From contig CAVPIB010000001.1 of assembly GCA_963704885.1 (NCBI GenBank), positions 448,001 through 512,000 on the forward strand: a stretch of 64,000 bases of DNA. The letters are read 5' to 3'. Each line of letters starts with the position of its first letter. Positions within the stretch are counted from its first letter, which is position 1. The notes below the pieces were generated by a model. That model saw only the letters and a program-made list of their open reading frames with translations, was not told where the DNA came from and did not search any database. Source of the DNA: an uncultured Actinomycetes bacterium (GTDB taxonomy: Bacteria > Actinomycetota > UBA4738 > HRBIN12). A program made the position numbers and the translations under genes. This document shows positions 31,645 to 41,854 of this stretch, one piece after another.

Positions 31645-32577
31645 GTGCCCGAACCAGCGCGTCCCCTAGGGACGGACGACGCAGACGATCTACGCCTCTA
31701 CCTGGAGGCAGCGGCTCGCGAGCCGCTGCTCACCAAGGAGGAAGAGGTGGAGCTCGCCATGACGATCGAGGCGGGCAAGGAGGCCGAGGATCGGCTCCGC
31801 GCCGGACGTCTGCGTTCAGAGAAGAGCATCGCGAAGGCCCGTCGTGCGGTCCGAGACGCCGAGGCCGCTCGCCAGCGTTTCATCATGGCCAACCTCCGGC
31901 TGGTCGTGTCCGTGGCCCGCAAGTACCAGGGCCAGGGACTTCCCCTCCTTGACCTGATCCAGGAAGGCAACATCGGCCTGATGCGCGCGGTCGAGTTGTT
32001 CGACTGGCGCCGTGGGTTCAAGTTCTCGACCTACGCCACATGGTGGATCCGCCAAGGCATCACCCGGGCGATCGCCGATCGTTCGCGGTCGATCCGCCTG
32101 CCGGTCCACATCCACGACCGGCTCCGCAAGCTGAACCGCACGCGGTTCCAGTTCGCCCAGTCGATGGGCCGCGAGCCCAGCCGTGACGAGCTGGCGAAGG
32201 CGCTCGACACCACCGTGGAGGAGATCGACGACCTGACCGAGATGGGACGTCGCGAGCCGCTGTCCCTGCAGTCGCCCGTTGGCGAGGACACGGAGCTCGG
32301 CGACCTGATCGAGGAAGTCGACTCCGATGCCGCGTTCAACGAGGTCGAGGACGCCCTGCTCCGCGAGGAGATCGGCGATGCGGTAGATCGCGTGCTGGAC
32401 GAGCGCGAGCGCCACGTCGTGGCCCTGCGCTACGGTCTGGAGAACGGCCAGCCTCTCTCGCTCCGCGAGACCGGCAAGGTGCTCGGCCTCTCCGGCGAGC
32501 GTGTCCGTCTGATCGAGCGCGAGGCGCTACGCAAGCTGCGCGACTCCAACCTGATCACGGCGGTGGCGCTGGGCTGA
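31645..32577 (+). CDS. RNA polymerase sigma-70 factor, group 2 (SigB/HrdD-like; no region 1.1)
   Basis: [51 protein letters not shown]. Confidence 0.93.
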   Translation: MPEPARPLGTDDADDLRLYLEAAAREPLLTKEEEVELAMTIEAGKEAEDRLRAGRLRSEKSIAKARRAVRDAEAARQRFIMANLRLVVSVARKYQGQGLPLLDLIQEGNIGLMRAVELFDWRRGFKFSTYATWWIRQGITRAIADRSRSIRLPVHIHDRLRKLNRTRFQFAQSMGREPSRDELAKALDTTVEEIDDLTEMGRREPLSLQSPVGEDTELGDLIEEVDSDAAFNEVEDALLREEIGDAVDRVLDERERHVVALRYGLENGQPLSLRETGKVLGLSGERVRLIEREALRKLRDSNLITAVALG

Positions 32578-32599
32578 CGCGGACCGTCAACCGAGGTAC

Positions 32600-32629
32600 G
32601 GAGGGCCGGCCCTAACGGGTCGGCCCTCC
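32600..32629 (+). terminator. GC-rich hairpin after the sigma gene
   Basis: GGAGGGCCGGCCC-TAAC-GGGTCGGCCCTCC; weak U-tract. Confidence 0.6.
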
Positions 32630-32745
32630 CCGTTGGTCCCAGGACTCGTCGAGCCATCGGACATCTACGGTCACGCGATCGGCGGGACCATCGGCCGTTC
32701 TTCCTCTCCGCTCTCGGCCTATCGTGGAGGAGGGAGGTGAGGATC

Positions 32746-32973
32746 ATGACGACCTCCGAGGTTCACGGACACTCCGTATGTCCTGCCTGCGGGACGGATC
32801 TCTTGGTTCCCGAGCGAGAGGACCTAGGCTTCGTCTGCAAAGGGTGTGGGGTTCACCTGGTGCGACGCGGGCGGCGGATCCACCTGGAGTGGGATCACCG
32901 CGATCTGGCAAGTCCCGGACCACACGAGCGACCCCATCTCTATGTGGAAGAGCGGCCCGTCCAGGTGCGCTGA
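32746..32973 (+). CDS. Small CPxCG zinc-ribbon protein
   Basis: Strong GGAGG RBS; CPACG and CKGCG motifs. Confidence 0.7.
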   Translation: MTTSEVHGHSVCPACGTDLLVPEREDLGFVCKGCGVHLVRRGRRIHLEWDHRDLASPGPHERPHLYVEERPVQVR

Positions 32974-32977
32974 GCCG

Positions 32978-33646
32978 ATGAGCGACACCGTCGTCGAGAT
33001 CGGCGCGCACCGGCTGGAGGGCGACTTTTCGGTGCCGGACGGGACGGCAGGTCTCGTGATCTTCGCCCACGGCAGCGGGAGTAGCCATCTGAGCGTCCGG
33101 AATCGAGCGGTCGCCTCGTCGCTCAACGAGTTGGGCCTCGCGACGTTGCTGTTCGATCTGCTTGAGCCTGAGGAGTCCGACGACCGAAGCCTGGTCTTCG
33201 ATATCCGTCTGCTCGCGGATCGCCTATTGGCAGCGACAACGTGGGCGCGGAGTCAAGGGGACATCGGTGGGCTGCCGCTCGGATACTTCGGCGCCAGCAC
33301 CGGTGCCGCCGCAGCGTTGATGGCGGCCGCTGAGGAGCCGGCGGCGGTAGGTGCCGTCGTCTCTCGGGGCGGTCGCCCCGATCTCGTCTCCGCCCGTGAG
33401 CTCTTGCGCGTACAAGCCCCGACGCTCCTGATCGTGGGAGGGCATGACCAGGTCGTGCTAGGCCTCAACCGCGAGGTCGAAGGGGTCATGCGTTGCGTCC
33501 GTCGCCTCGAGGTGGTGCCGGGTGCGACCCATCTGTTCGAGGAACCCGGGGCGCTCGATCGGGTCCTGCACCTCGCGAGGGCCTGGTTCCTCCGGTACCT
33601 GGTCGTGCAGGGGACCGACGGTCGGGAGCTAAGCGCGAGCGTCTAG
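32978..33646 (+). CDS. Dienelactone hydrolase-like alpha/beta hydrolase
   Basis: FAHGSGSS, GYFGASTGAAAA, SRGGRPDL, GATHLFEEPG. Confidence 0.9.
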   Translation: MSDTVVEIGAHRLEGDFSVPDGTAGLVIFAHGSGSSHLSVRNRAVASSLNELGLATLLFDLLEPEESDDRSLVFDIRLLADRLLAATTWARSQGDIGGLPLGYFGASTGAAAALMAAAEEPAAVGAVVSRGGRPDLVSARELLRVQAPTLLIVGGHDQVVLGLNREVEGVMRCVRRLEVVPGATHLFEEPGALDRVLHLARAWFLRYLVVQGTDGRELSASV

Positions 33647-33694
33647 CCGCCGCCTATGCGTGGCTCGCGGGAGCGAGCGGCGGCGATCGGTAGC

Positions 33695-34366
33695 TCACCC
33701 CGCGGCGGCCATCCGGCGGGCACGGACGACCTGGTCGGCGATCGCGCCGCGAACGCATTCGGAGAACGTCTCGATGTCGGTGACGAGCTCGGGATCTCCG
33801 TACGGGTCGATCGGCTCGCCGAACACGAACGCCAACCGGGGTCGCCACGGCCGCCCGAACCGGAGCCCGGACTTCGGCCAGCGGACCTGCGAGCCCCACA
33901 GTCCCACCGGGATGACGGGCGCTCCGGTGGGGAGCGCCAACCTCGCGACCCCCCGCCTCGCCCGCTGCAGGCCGGCTTCCGGATCGTCGTTCACTCGTCC
34001 CTCGGGCGCGATCGCCGCGATCGCGCCAGCCTCGACGGTCCGGATCGCCTCGTCGAGCGCATGGGCGTCGCCCTGACCACGCCGGATCGGGATCTGATCG
34101 AACGACCGCAACGCCCACCCGAAGAAGAACTTGCTGAACACCTCCGAGGCGACCAGGAACCGCGACTCGCGTCTCGTGCGCCGAGCGACCTCGATCGCCA
34201 GCGCGGGTCCATCGATCACGCTCACGTGGTTGAAGGCGAGGATCGCCGGGCCCGATGCCGGGATGTTCGAGATCCCCTCAACCCGAACGCGGAACGCGGC
34301 GCGCAGTAGGAGCATGCTGATCCACGAACCCACAGACCACCATGGCGTCAGCTCCGATGTGCGCAT
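33695..34366 (-). CDS. 1-acyl-sn-glycerol-3-phosphate acyltransferase (PlsC family)
   Basis: NHVSVID and APEGR motifs. Confidence 0.9.
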   Translation of the reverse strand: MRTSELTPWWSVGSWISMLLLRAAFRVRVEGISNIPASGPAILAFNHVSVIDGPALAIEVARRTRRESRFLVASEVFSKFFFGWALRSFDQIPIRRGQGDAHALDEAIRTVEAGAIAAIAPEGRVNDDPEAGLQRARRGVARLALPTGAPVIPVGLWGSQVRWPKSGLRFGRPWRPRLAFVFGEPIDPYGDPELVTDIETFSECVRGAIADQVVRARRMAAAG

Positions 34367-34390
34367 CGCGGCGGATGTTACCGGAGCGAC

Positions 34391-35494
34391 TCAGTCGAAC
34401 ACGACGACCGAACGGACGACCTCGCCGGCGAGCATCGCCCGGAAGGCTTCGTCGATTTCGGTGAGCGAGAGGCGCCGCGAGACCATGTCGTCCAGGTTCA
34501 GTCGGCCGTCCAGGTACCAGGCGGCCATCTGCGGGAAGTCCTCGCTCGGGATCGGGTCGCCGCCGTCGGTGATCAGCAGGCTGGTCTTGCGCGGATAGGC
34601 GGCCCGATCGGAGCCGTTCCACGGCAGGATGAGATCGCTCGGGATCGGAGGAACCCCTATCGCGACGGCGGTGCCCGCGTAGCCGAGCATCTCCACAGCC
34701 TGGCGGACGCACGCGGGAACACCCGTCGCCTCGAACGCGAAATCCACGCCCTCGCCGTTCGTGAGCGACCAGACGGCGTCAACGGGGTCGGACGCGGACG
34801 CATCCACGACGTCGGTAGCGCCGAAACGTCTTGCCCAGGCGAGCTTGTTCGCCGCGATGTCGACGGCGATCACCCGTTCCGCACCGGCGATCTTCGCTCC
34901 CTGCAGGGCGGCAAGGCCGATGCCGCCCAGGCCGATGACCGCCACGGTCGCGCCCGGCCAGACCTTGGCGGTTTGTACGGCTGCGCCCACACCGGTGGAC
35001 ACGCCGCACCCCAGCAAACACGCGCTCTCGAGCGGGATCCCGGCGGGCAGCGGGATCGCCTGTGCGGCGTGAACGACGGTGTGGGTGGCGAGCGTGCCGC
35101 ACGCGAGCACGCCGAACAGTTGGGCTCCGTCGCGTTCGCGATGGATCCGAGGTGGCTGCGTCCAGGCGTGCGAGCACCGTCGGGGGATGCCTCTCAGGCA
35201 CGGCCGACACGTCCCGCAGGGCACGGCCCACGACAGGACGACGGCGTCGCCGGGCGCTACGTTCTCAACGTCGGCTCCGACCTCCTCCACGATCCCCGCG
35301 CCTTCGTGCCCGAGCAGGAGCGGGAACGGCGACCCCCAGTTCCCGTTATCACGCGCCCACAGGTCGCTGTGGCAGACGCCGCTGGCCACGATCCGGACCA
35401 GGACCTCGCCCGCTTCGGGCGGATCGATCCGAAGCGGCTCGATGACCACCGTTCCGCCTGCCTCGTTCACGATCGCACCGATGGCTCCTTGCAT
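34391..35494 (-). CDS. Zn-dependent alcohol dehydrogenase (S-(hydroxymethyl)mycothiol dehydrogenase-like)
   Basis: GVCHSD, GHEGAG, CGTCRPC..C, LLGCGVSTG, GLGGIG. Confidence 0.88.
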   Translation of the reverse strand: MQGAIGAIVNEAGGTVVIEPLRIDPPEAGEVLVRIVASGVCHSDLWARDNGNWGSPFPLLLGHEGAGIVEEVGADVENVAPGDAVVLSWAVPCGTCRPCLRGIPRRCSHAWTQPPRIHRERDGAQLFGVLACGTLATHTVVHAAQAIPLPAGIPLESACLLGCGVSTGVGAAVQTAKVWPGATVAVIGLGGIGLAALQGAKIAGAERVIAVDIAANKLAWARRFGATDVVDASASDPVDAVWSLTNGEGVDFAFEATGVPACVRQAVEMLGYAGTAVAIGVPPIPSDLILPWNGSDRAAYPRKTSLLITDGGDPIPSEDFPQMAAWYLDGRLNLDDMVSRRLSLTEIDEAFRAMLAGEVVRSVVVFD

Positions 35495-35549
35495 GACACC
35501 CTCTCGTGGCCGGGTCGTGCGGTTGACGGGTCATGCTACCGTCCGCCCC

Positions 35550-36710
35550 GTGGACGCCAAGGGGCTCCGTCAGTTCGCGTCCGGTCGTTACGACGACTTC
35601 GTCGCTGTGCTCGAGCAGATGGTGAACGTGGACTGCGGCTCCTACTCACCCAACGGGGTGAACGTCATCGCCGACCTGTGCGAGGCGCGTTTCCGCGATC
35701 ACGGTTGGGAGGTCGAACGGCGGCCGCATGTGCCGATCGACGGGGAGCCGCAGCTCGGCGACCTGGTGATCGGCCGGCTGCGCGGAGCCAGCGGTCCAAA
35801 CGTCCTGCTCGTTGGTCATATGGACACGGTGTTCGACGACGGAACCGTGGCTGAGCGTCCCTTCTCCATCGAGGGTGACACGGCACACGGGCCGGGCGTC
35901 TCCGACATGAAGGGCGGCCTGCTCACAGGGTTCTTCGCGGTGGAGGCACTGCAGGAGGCGGGATTCGACAGGTTCGGGACGATCACCTACGTCTGCAACC
36001 CGGACGAGGAGATCGGCTCGCCGTTCTCCGGCCCGGTGATCAGGGAGCTCGCGCCGCAGCACGACGCGGCGTTCGTCCTGGAGGGAGCGCGTGCGAACGG
36101 CGACATCGTGTCGTCGCGAAAGGGCATCACGGACTATCGGATCGTGTTCCATGGACGTGCCGCCCACGCCGGCGTGGAGCCCGAGAAGGGCCGGAACGCG
36201 GTGTTGCAGGCGGCCCACGCGATCCTCGCGCTGCAGGCGCTGAACGGCCGCTGGCCGGGCGTGACCGTGAACGTCGGTGTCGTCCACGGTGGCACGCGAA
36301 CGAACGTCGTAGCCGAGCGTTGCGAGCTCCACGTCGACCTGCGCTCGCCAGAGCTCCGAACGCTCGAGGAGGCCGAGTCCGAGATCGAGCGTATCTGCGC
36401 GGAGCAGGCCATCCCTGACGTCACCGCCGAGATCCTGGGCAACGGCTGGCATCGCCCGATGGAGAAGGAGGAGGGCGCGGTCCGCCTGGTGCAGATCGCG
36501 AAGGATGTCGCTGCCGAGCTTGGGTTCGAGCTCCGGGACGCGGCCACCGGGGGGGCGTCAGACGCGAACACCACGTCGGCAGCGGGCACTCCGACGATCG
36601 ACGGACTCGGTCCGGTCGGCGGCGACGATCACGCGCCCGCGGAGTGGCTGGACCTCACCAGCGTGGTTCCCAGGGTGGCGCTACTGGCCGGGATCATCTC
36701 CCGGACCTGA
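35550..36710 (+). CDS. M20 family metallopeptidase (glutamate carboxypeptidase-like)
   Basis: GHMDTVF, DMKGG, DEEIGS, GGASDAN, HAPAE. Confidence 0.92.
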   Translation: MDAKGLRQFASGRYDDFVAVLEQMVNVDCGSYSPNGVNVIADLCEARFRDHGWEVERRPHVPIDGEPQLGDLVIGRLRGASGPNVLLVGHMDTVFDDGTVAERPFSIEGDTAHGPGVSDMKGGLLTGFFAVEALQEAGFDRFGTITYVCNPDEEIGSPFSGPVIRELAPQHDAAFVLEGARANGDIVSSRKGITDYRIVFHGRAAHAGVEPEKGRNAVLQAAHAILALQALNGRWPGVTVNVGVVHGGTRTNVVAERCELHVDLRSPELRTLEEAESEIERICAEQAIPDVTAEILGNGWHRPMEKEEGAVRLVQIAKDVAAELGFELRDAATGGASDANTTSAAGTPTIDGLGPVGGDDHAPAEWLDLTSVVPRVALLAGIISRT

Positions 36711-36746
36711 GGCACCAACTCGCTACGAGAGGACGAACGCCGCTCG

Positions 36747-38138
36747 TCAGCGACCCGCGATCAGATCGATCGTCGTTCGAGCCACCATCTCGTGACGCAT
36801 CCGAAGATCGGCGTACGCGACGACGTCCGAGTCGAACGGTCGCTCGTGCTCCTGGACGGGATCGAGTCGGTCTGGGTCGAGGTCCAGGCCGATCGCGCGT
36901 CCGGCGATGATCGCGGCACCCGCCGATGCGGCCGCTCCATGTCGCCGGGCGATCACCGGCCGGTTCGAGACGCCCGCGAGGATCCGGCGCCAAAGCGGTA
37001 GCGAGGCGCCACTTCCGGCGAGCGTCAGCTCCGCCGCGTCGGGCGCGGTTCGTTCCAGGCAGCGTGCAGCGTCGAACGCCAGGCCCTCGACGAGCGCCCG
37101 GGTCAGGTGGGCGGGCGTGTGCGCGTGCGAGAGGCCGGAGAAGGTGAGCCCGGCGCGAGGTTCCCACCAAGGGGCCCGCGCCCCGCCGAGCCACGCGAGA
37201 GCCAGGAGTCCGCCCGCCCCTGCGTCAACGTCGTCGGCCTCGGAGAGCAGTTCCTTCACGGGACGTCCAGTCAACCCCTCCAGCCAAGTGAGCGCGGAGC
37301 CAGCCGCTGCCAGATCCGACTCCATCACGTAGCCGCCTAAGGCACCCCGTGTGACGACCACGCCGGGAACCGGAGGCGGAACGTGCCCGACGGGCACGGC
37401 TACTCCTGCGGTGATCCCCCACGACACCATGGGCCTGGAGATGGTGGCAGCGACCCCCAGGACCTCGCACGCCCGGTCCCCACCGCCGGCGATCACGCGT
37501 GTCCCCGGCAAGATACCGAGCGCGACCGAGGGCTCCGGAAGGCTCTCGCCGACAACGGTCTTCGACGCGACGACCTCAGGCAGCAGATGCCCCCCTTCGA
37601 GGGCGGCGCCGTCGAGCGCGAGCAAGCCGGTGCGGGAGGCGACCGAGGCGTCGGTTACGGCGCGTCCGGTCAACCGGAAGGCGACCAGGTCGCGAGGCCC
37701 CAAGATCCATCGCTGGCCCTCCAGGCGCTCGGCGTCGTGGGACCACATCCAGGCGAGCTTGGCCGCAACGGTTCCCGCATCGGGCACGACCCCGGTGAGC
37801 ACCTGGAAGTCATCTCCAAGTGCGGCCGCCTCGTCGATTGCTCGCCGGTCCCACCAGACGATCGCCGGCCCGAGGGGCTCGCCCGCTGCCGTCACCGGCA
37901 CGAAGGTCTCGCGCTGGGTCGAGAACGCGATCGCCTCGACCTCCATCCGGTCTTTCCCAGGGAGCTGGGCGCAGGCCGCGACGGTCGATGTCCACCACGT
38001 CTCCGGATCTTGTTCCGCCCAGCCGGGTCGTGGTTGCACGACATCCACCGGCACGTGGGAGATCGCGACCAGGCCGTGCTCAGACCAAAGCGCCGCCTTC
38101 GTGGCGCTCGAGCCTAGATCGATGGTTAGGAGGTTCAT
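36747..38138 (-). CDS. FGGY-family carbohydrate kinase (xylulokinase-like)
   Basis: IDLGSSATK, EQDPETWW, STQRE, GGGD, GARAPWW. Confidence 0.88.
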   Translation of the reverse strand: MNLLTIDLGSSATKAALWSEHGLVAISHVPVDVVQPRPGWAEQDPETWWTSTVAACAQLPGKDRMEVEAIAFSTQRETFVPVTAAGEPLGPAIVWWDRRAIDEAAALGDDFQVLTGVVPDAGTVAAKLAWMWSHDAERLEGQRWILGPRDLVAFRLTGRAVTDASVASRTGLLALDGAALEGGHLLPEVVASKTVVGESLPEPSVALGILPGTRVIAGGGDRACEVLGVAATISRPMVSWGITAGVAVPVGHVPPPVPGVVVTRGALGGYVMESDLAAAGSALTWLEGLTGRPVKELLSEADDVDAGAGGLLALAWLGGARAPWWEPRAGLTFSGLSHAHTPAHLTRALVEGLAFDAARCLERTAPDAAELTLAGSGASLPLWRRILAGVSNRPVIARRHGAAASAGAAIIAGRAIGLDLDPDRLDPVQEHERPFDSDVVAYADLRMRHEMVARTTIDLIAGR

Positions 38139-38189
38139 GTTGCCCGAACACCCCCACCCGCGAGTTCCATGGGATCGGTCCAACCCATC

Positions 38190-39707
38190 CTAGGGCGAGC
38201 GGGTTGCCATCACGTGCAGGGGGCGCCCGAACACCTGATGGAATCGATCGGCGACCCCGCGTGGGCGCCAGCTGGAGGGGAGCGGCCCCTCGACGACGAA
38301 CGCCGATGGATGCCAGGTGCAAGATACGGTCGCCGGACGCGAAGAGGGGATGCGCCGTTTCAGCTCGTCGGCAAGGGCGAGCACGGTCGCGGCCCGTAGC
38401 ACGGCCGGCCGGTCGGCGTCGGCGATGAGTCGTCGATACGGACCGAGCCGGATGTCGTCGTCGGCCTGGCGGAGGATCGCCGACAAGATCCCGAGGGCTT
38501 CATGCGTGAAGCCGCCGAGGTCCGCGGCGGTGACGACCATCGCCGCATGTTCGAAGCGGTCGTAGTAGTCGATGGCCCTTCCGACGTCGAGAACCGTAGA
38601 CGCGTGCACCAGCATCTCCCGAACGGCATCTCGTGCCTCAGGGTCCAACGTCTCGTGCAGGCGCGTGGCGATCGTGGTGCGTCGCTCGGCCGCCGCCGCA
38701 TCCCATGTCGCGAACCGTGCCGAAAGCGTTGCGACAGAGATGGTCCGCACCCAGCGCGGAGATGGGACGGTCCAGTCGTCGCCACCCAACGCTAGCCCCT
38801 CGCGCACTCCGCGGCTCGACACCACGATGCCTTGAGCACCGAGGGCCCTCATCACCTCCAGCAGCACGAGCCCACCGCCCAAGACCGAGTCGGCGCGGTC
38901 GGGGTTCAGGCCGGGCGTCTGAGCCCGGCGCTTCATCGTTCGTCCTGCCAGCTCATCGATGAGCGTCTCCAGACGGTCGACGGGGAGCCGGTAGCCGTGC
39001 AACAGACGGAGGGGATGCTCGGATCGGTGCATATCGATCTTGGCCAGGTTGCGGACGGTGCCACCTATGCCAACCAGAACATCGCCTTCGCCGAGACGCC
39101 CGATCTCGGCCGGCAACGACTCGGCTACGAACCGGCGTAGGCGCTTGAGTTGCGACGTCGAAGGGGGGTTGCTGCTCAGGAATCGATCGCTCATCCGTAG
39201 CGACCCCATACCGAACACCCATGTCCGCTCCAGGCGTCGGTCTCGGAACCGGGAGATCTCCGCGCTGCCCCCACCCAGGTCGAGCGTCGCGCCATCGGTA
39301 ACCGCAAGGTCGTGCACTGCGCCGACGAAGCCGAGGCGCGCCTCCGCCTCCCCGTCGATGATCTCCAACGTCATGCCGATCGCCTTGGCTCGATCGAGCA
39401 GGGTTTGTCCGTCGATCGCGTCTCGGACCGCCGACGTGGCGATCGCCAGGATCCGGTCCGCTCCGGCGCCGTCGGCCACCGCCCGGAAGTCCCTCAGTGT
39501 CTCCATGGTCTTGTCGATCGCCTCGGCGCCCAACTCGTTCCCGTCGCGGAGGGCGCGCGCAAGCCGAAGTGGGGAACGAACATCTTCCAGCACGTCCAGG
39601 TGCTCGCCCTGGCTGAGCCGGAAGACGATCATCCGCGCGGAGTTGGAGCCGACGTCCAGGACCGCGAAGGGGCGATCGTCCGTCGATGTGGGGTCGTGCT
39701 CGGCCAC
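38190..39707 (-). CDS. ppx: Ppx/GppA exopolyphosphatase
   Basis: DVGSNSARM, ATSAVRDA, DLGGGSAE, GVREG, plus C-terminal HD-like region. Confidence 0.9.
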   Translation of the reverse strand: MAEHDPTSTDDRPFAVLDVGSNSARMIVFRLSQGEHLDVLEDVRSPLRLARALRDGNELGAEAIDKTMETLRDFRAVADGAGADRILAIATSAVRDAIDGQTLLDRAKAIGMTLEIIDGEAEARLGFVGAVHDLAVTDGATLDLGGGSAEISRFRDRRLERTWVFGMGSLRMSDRFLSSNPPSTSQLKRLRRFVAESLPAEIGRLGEGDVLVGIGGTVRNLAKIDMHRSEHPLRLLHGYRLPVDRLETLIDELAGRTMKRRAQTPGLNPDRADSVLGGGLVLLEVMRALGAQGIVVSSRGVREGLALGGDDWTVPSPRWVRTISVATLSARFATWDAAAAERRTTIATRLHETLDPEARDAVREMLVHASTVLDVGRAIDYYDRFEHAAMVVTAADLGGFTHEALGILSAILRQADDDIRLGPYRRLIADADRPAVLRAATVLALADELKRRIPSSRPATVSCTWHPSAFVVEGPLPSSWRPRGVADRFHQVFGRPLHVMATRSP

Positions 39708-39933
39708 GTCGCGATGCTCGCACGGGGGGAGCGATCCGTGCGGTAGGCGACGGTTCACGGTTGGCGTGAGCGCTCCGGTCTCCCTCTTAGTCTCGGGACC
39801 ACTGCGCCTGCCGTCGCTCCTGCTGTACCGTCGCGCGATCAGACCTGGATCGGTCGGAACGCTCGCGCCCGATCAGATCGAGCCCACTCTAGGGCTGGAG
39901 GATGGGATGGGCCACTAGGCCAGGAGGGGAGAA

Positions 39934-41544
39934 GTGGGACGAAGGACGCCGTTGATGCGTGCCATGCGAGAGCTGGCCCAGGTGCACTCCTCGCTACCGG
40001 GCGAACGCCCGGTTTCGCTCGATGAGGCGATCGAGCTGTCCGGTCGACCCGTCACCCGACGCCAGCTCCTCAAGGGAGCCGGTGTCGCTGGGGCGGCCGC
40101 CGTGGTCGCGGGCCCTGCGCTCGCGGCTCTGGGACGTCCCGCCCGTCGTTCGCCTCACGAACCCCGCGTCGTGATCGTGGGCGCGGGGCTCGCCGGACTC
40201 TCGTGCGCGTTCAAGCTGCACATCAACGGCGTCGCTGCCGATCTCTACGAGTCGCGCGAACGTGTCGGCGGACGCTGCTGGACGTCCCGGGCGTTCGCCT
40301 ACGGCCAGGTTGCGGAGCACGGCGGCGAGTTCATCGACACGCGCCATGTCCAGCTCCGCCGTTTGGTATCCACGCTCGGCTTGAAGCTGGACGATCTGTG
40401 GGCCGCCTACGATGAGCTTGAGGAGACGACGGGCCTGTTGGTCCTTGACGGCGAGCGGCAGGACCGTAAGGAGGTCTTCGCGGACATCGATCTTGTGGTC
40501 CGCCGGCTGGCCCGAGACGCGAAGAGGATCGGGCCTTACCGATGGGGACAGGCCGGGCCCGAGGCGAAGGCTTTCGATCGCATGACGATGCGCGAGTGGA
40601 TGGACGCGAATGTCCCAGGCGGCAGCTCGTCGCTGCTGGGCCGCGCCCTCGACGTCGGTCTCACCGGGTTCTGGGGGATCGATCCCGAAGACACCTCCGC
40701 GATCACGTTGATCGATACCTACATCACGTCATACCCGGGAGGCCCGGCCGACGAGCGCTATCACGTCCACGGGGGCAACGATCAGGTGCCGACCCTGCTG
40801 GCGGACATGCTTCCGGCCGGATCTCTGCACCTGGAGGCTCCGCTCTTGGCGATGTGGGAACGGGTCGACGGTTCATACGCGCTCCGCTTCGGCGGCTCGG
40901 CCGAGACGGTCGTAGCGGATCAGGTCGTTCTATGTCTGCCGTTCACAGCCCTTCGCGACGCGGACCTCCAAGGAGCCGGGCTGGACGCCAAGCGCCTGAA
41001 GTCGATCCGCGAGCTGGGCATGGGAACGAACTCGAAGGTGCTGCTGCAGTTCCGCGAGCGGCTCCATTCGTTCCAGGACTGGAGCGGGACCTTCAACACC
41101 GATGCGCCGAAGACGGACGGCTGGGACAGCTCGATCGGCCAGAGCGGACGTGGCGGCTTGCTCACCATCTACTCGGGCGGCAAGACCGGGGCTGGATATC
41201 CGGTCGACGAGGCTCACGCGATCGCCCCCACCCAGGTGGTGGATCAGGCGCTCGGCTTCTTGGACGCGTGGCTCCCGGGGATCGGTGCGGCGTTCAACGG
41301 CCGGTCCTGGCTGGATTCGTGGATCGACGACCCATGGGTCAAGGGCTCATACGCCGCGTTCCTGCCGGGTCAATGGACCAGCCTGTTCGGCTATCTGGGC
41401 CGCTCCGGACGCAACGTTCACTTCGCAGGAGAGCACACGTCCACGTACAGCCAGGGCTATCTGAACGGTGGGGTGGAGACCGGCCTGCGGGCGGCGCGAG
41501 AGATCCTCCACGCGGCCGGCAGGAGCACGCTGACGATCGCCTAG
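39934..41544 (+). CDS. Flavin monoamine oxidase family protein with Tat-like motif
   Basis: TRRQLLKG followed by hydrophobic stretch; GAGLAG, RVGGR, EHGGEF, HFAGEHT..GYLNG. Confidence 0.9.
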   Translation: MGRRTPLMRAMRELAQVHSSLPGERPVSLDEAIELSGRPVTRRQLLKGAGVAGAAAVVAGPALAALGRPARRSPHEPRVVIVGAGLAGLSCAFKLHINGVAADLYESRERVGGRCWTSRAFAYGQVAEHGGEFIDTRHVQLRRLVSTLGLKLDDLWAAYDELEETTGLLVLDGERQDRKEVFADIDLVVRRLARDAKRIGPYRWGQAGPEAKAFDRMTMREWMDANVPGGSSSLLGRALDVGLTGFWGIDPEDTSAITLIDTYITSYPGGPADERYHVHGGNDQVPTLLADMLPAGSLHLEAPLLAMWERVDGSYALRFGGSAETVVADQVVLCLPFTALRDADLQGAGLDAKRLKSIRELGMGTNSKVLLQFRERLHSFQDWSGTFNTDAPKTDGWDSSIGQSGRGGLLTIYSGGKTGAGYPVDEAHAIAPTQVVDQALGFLDAWLPGIGAAFNGRSWLDSWIDDPWVKGSYAAFLPGQWTSLFGYLGRSGRNVHFAGEHTSTYSQGYLNGGVETGLRAAREILHAAGRSTLTIA

Positions 41545-41548
41545 CGCG

Positions 41549-41845
41549 TCAGGCCGGAGGGAGCTCGGGCATGGCAGGCTGAGCGACGCCATCCTGTGCT
41601 CGCTCCCAGTCGCGTATCAGCTCCGCGAGCTTCACGACTATGACCGCTCCTCCACCGACCTCGATCATCTTCCCCAGAGGCGAACGCCGGAGCCACGGCA
41701 GCCGCATGACGATCGGCACGGACAGGATCAGGCCGGTGGCCAAGCGTTGTCGCAGCCGCCGTCCAGCGGGCGAATCGAGGAATGCGAGCAGCTCCTCCAC
41801 CGTCGAGTCGACTCGATCGGCGATCTCTTGTAACTGTTCGTTCAT
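41549..41845 (-). CDS. Hypothetical protein
   Basis: TAGGCT 6 nt before ATG at 41845; coding-like codon usage. Confidence 0.7.
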   Translation of the reverse strand: MNEQLQEIADRVDSTVEELLAFLDSPAGRRLRQRLATGLILSVPIVMRLPWLRRSPLGKMIEVGGGAVIVVKLAELIRDWERAQDGVAQPAMPELPPA

Positions 41846-41854
41846 CACTGCAGC

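Noticed and set aside
31487-31669. Leader peptide upstream of the sigma factor
   Set aside because: Its ATG lies inside the predicted promoter spacer and has no RBS.
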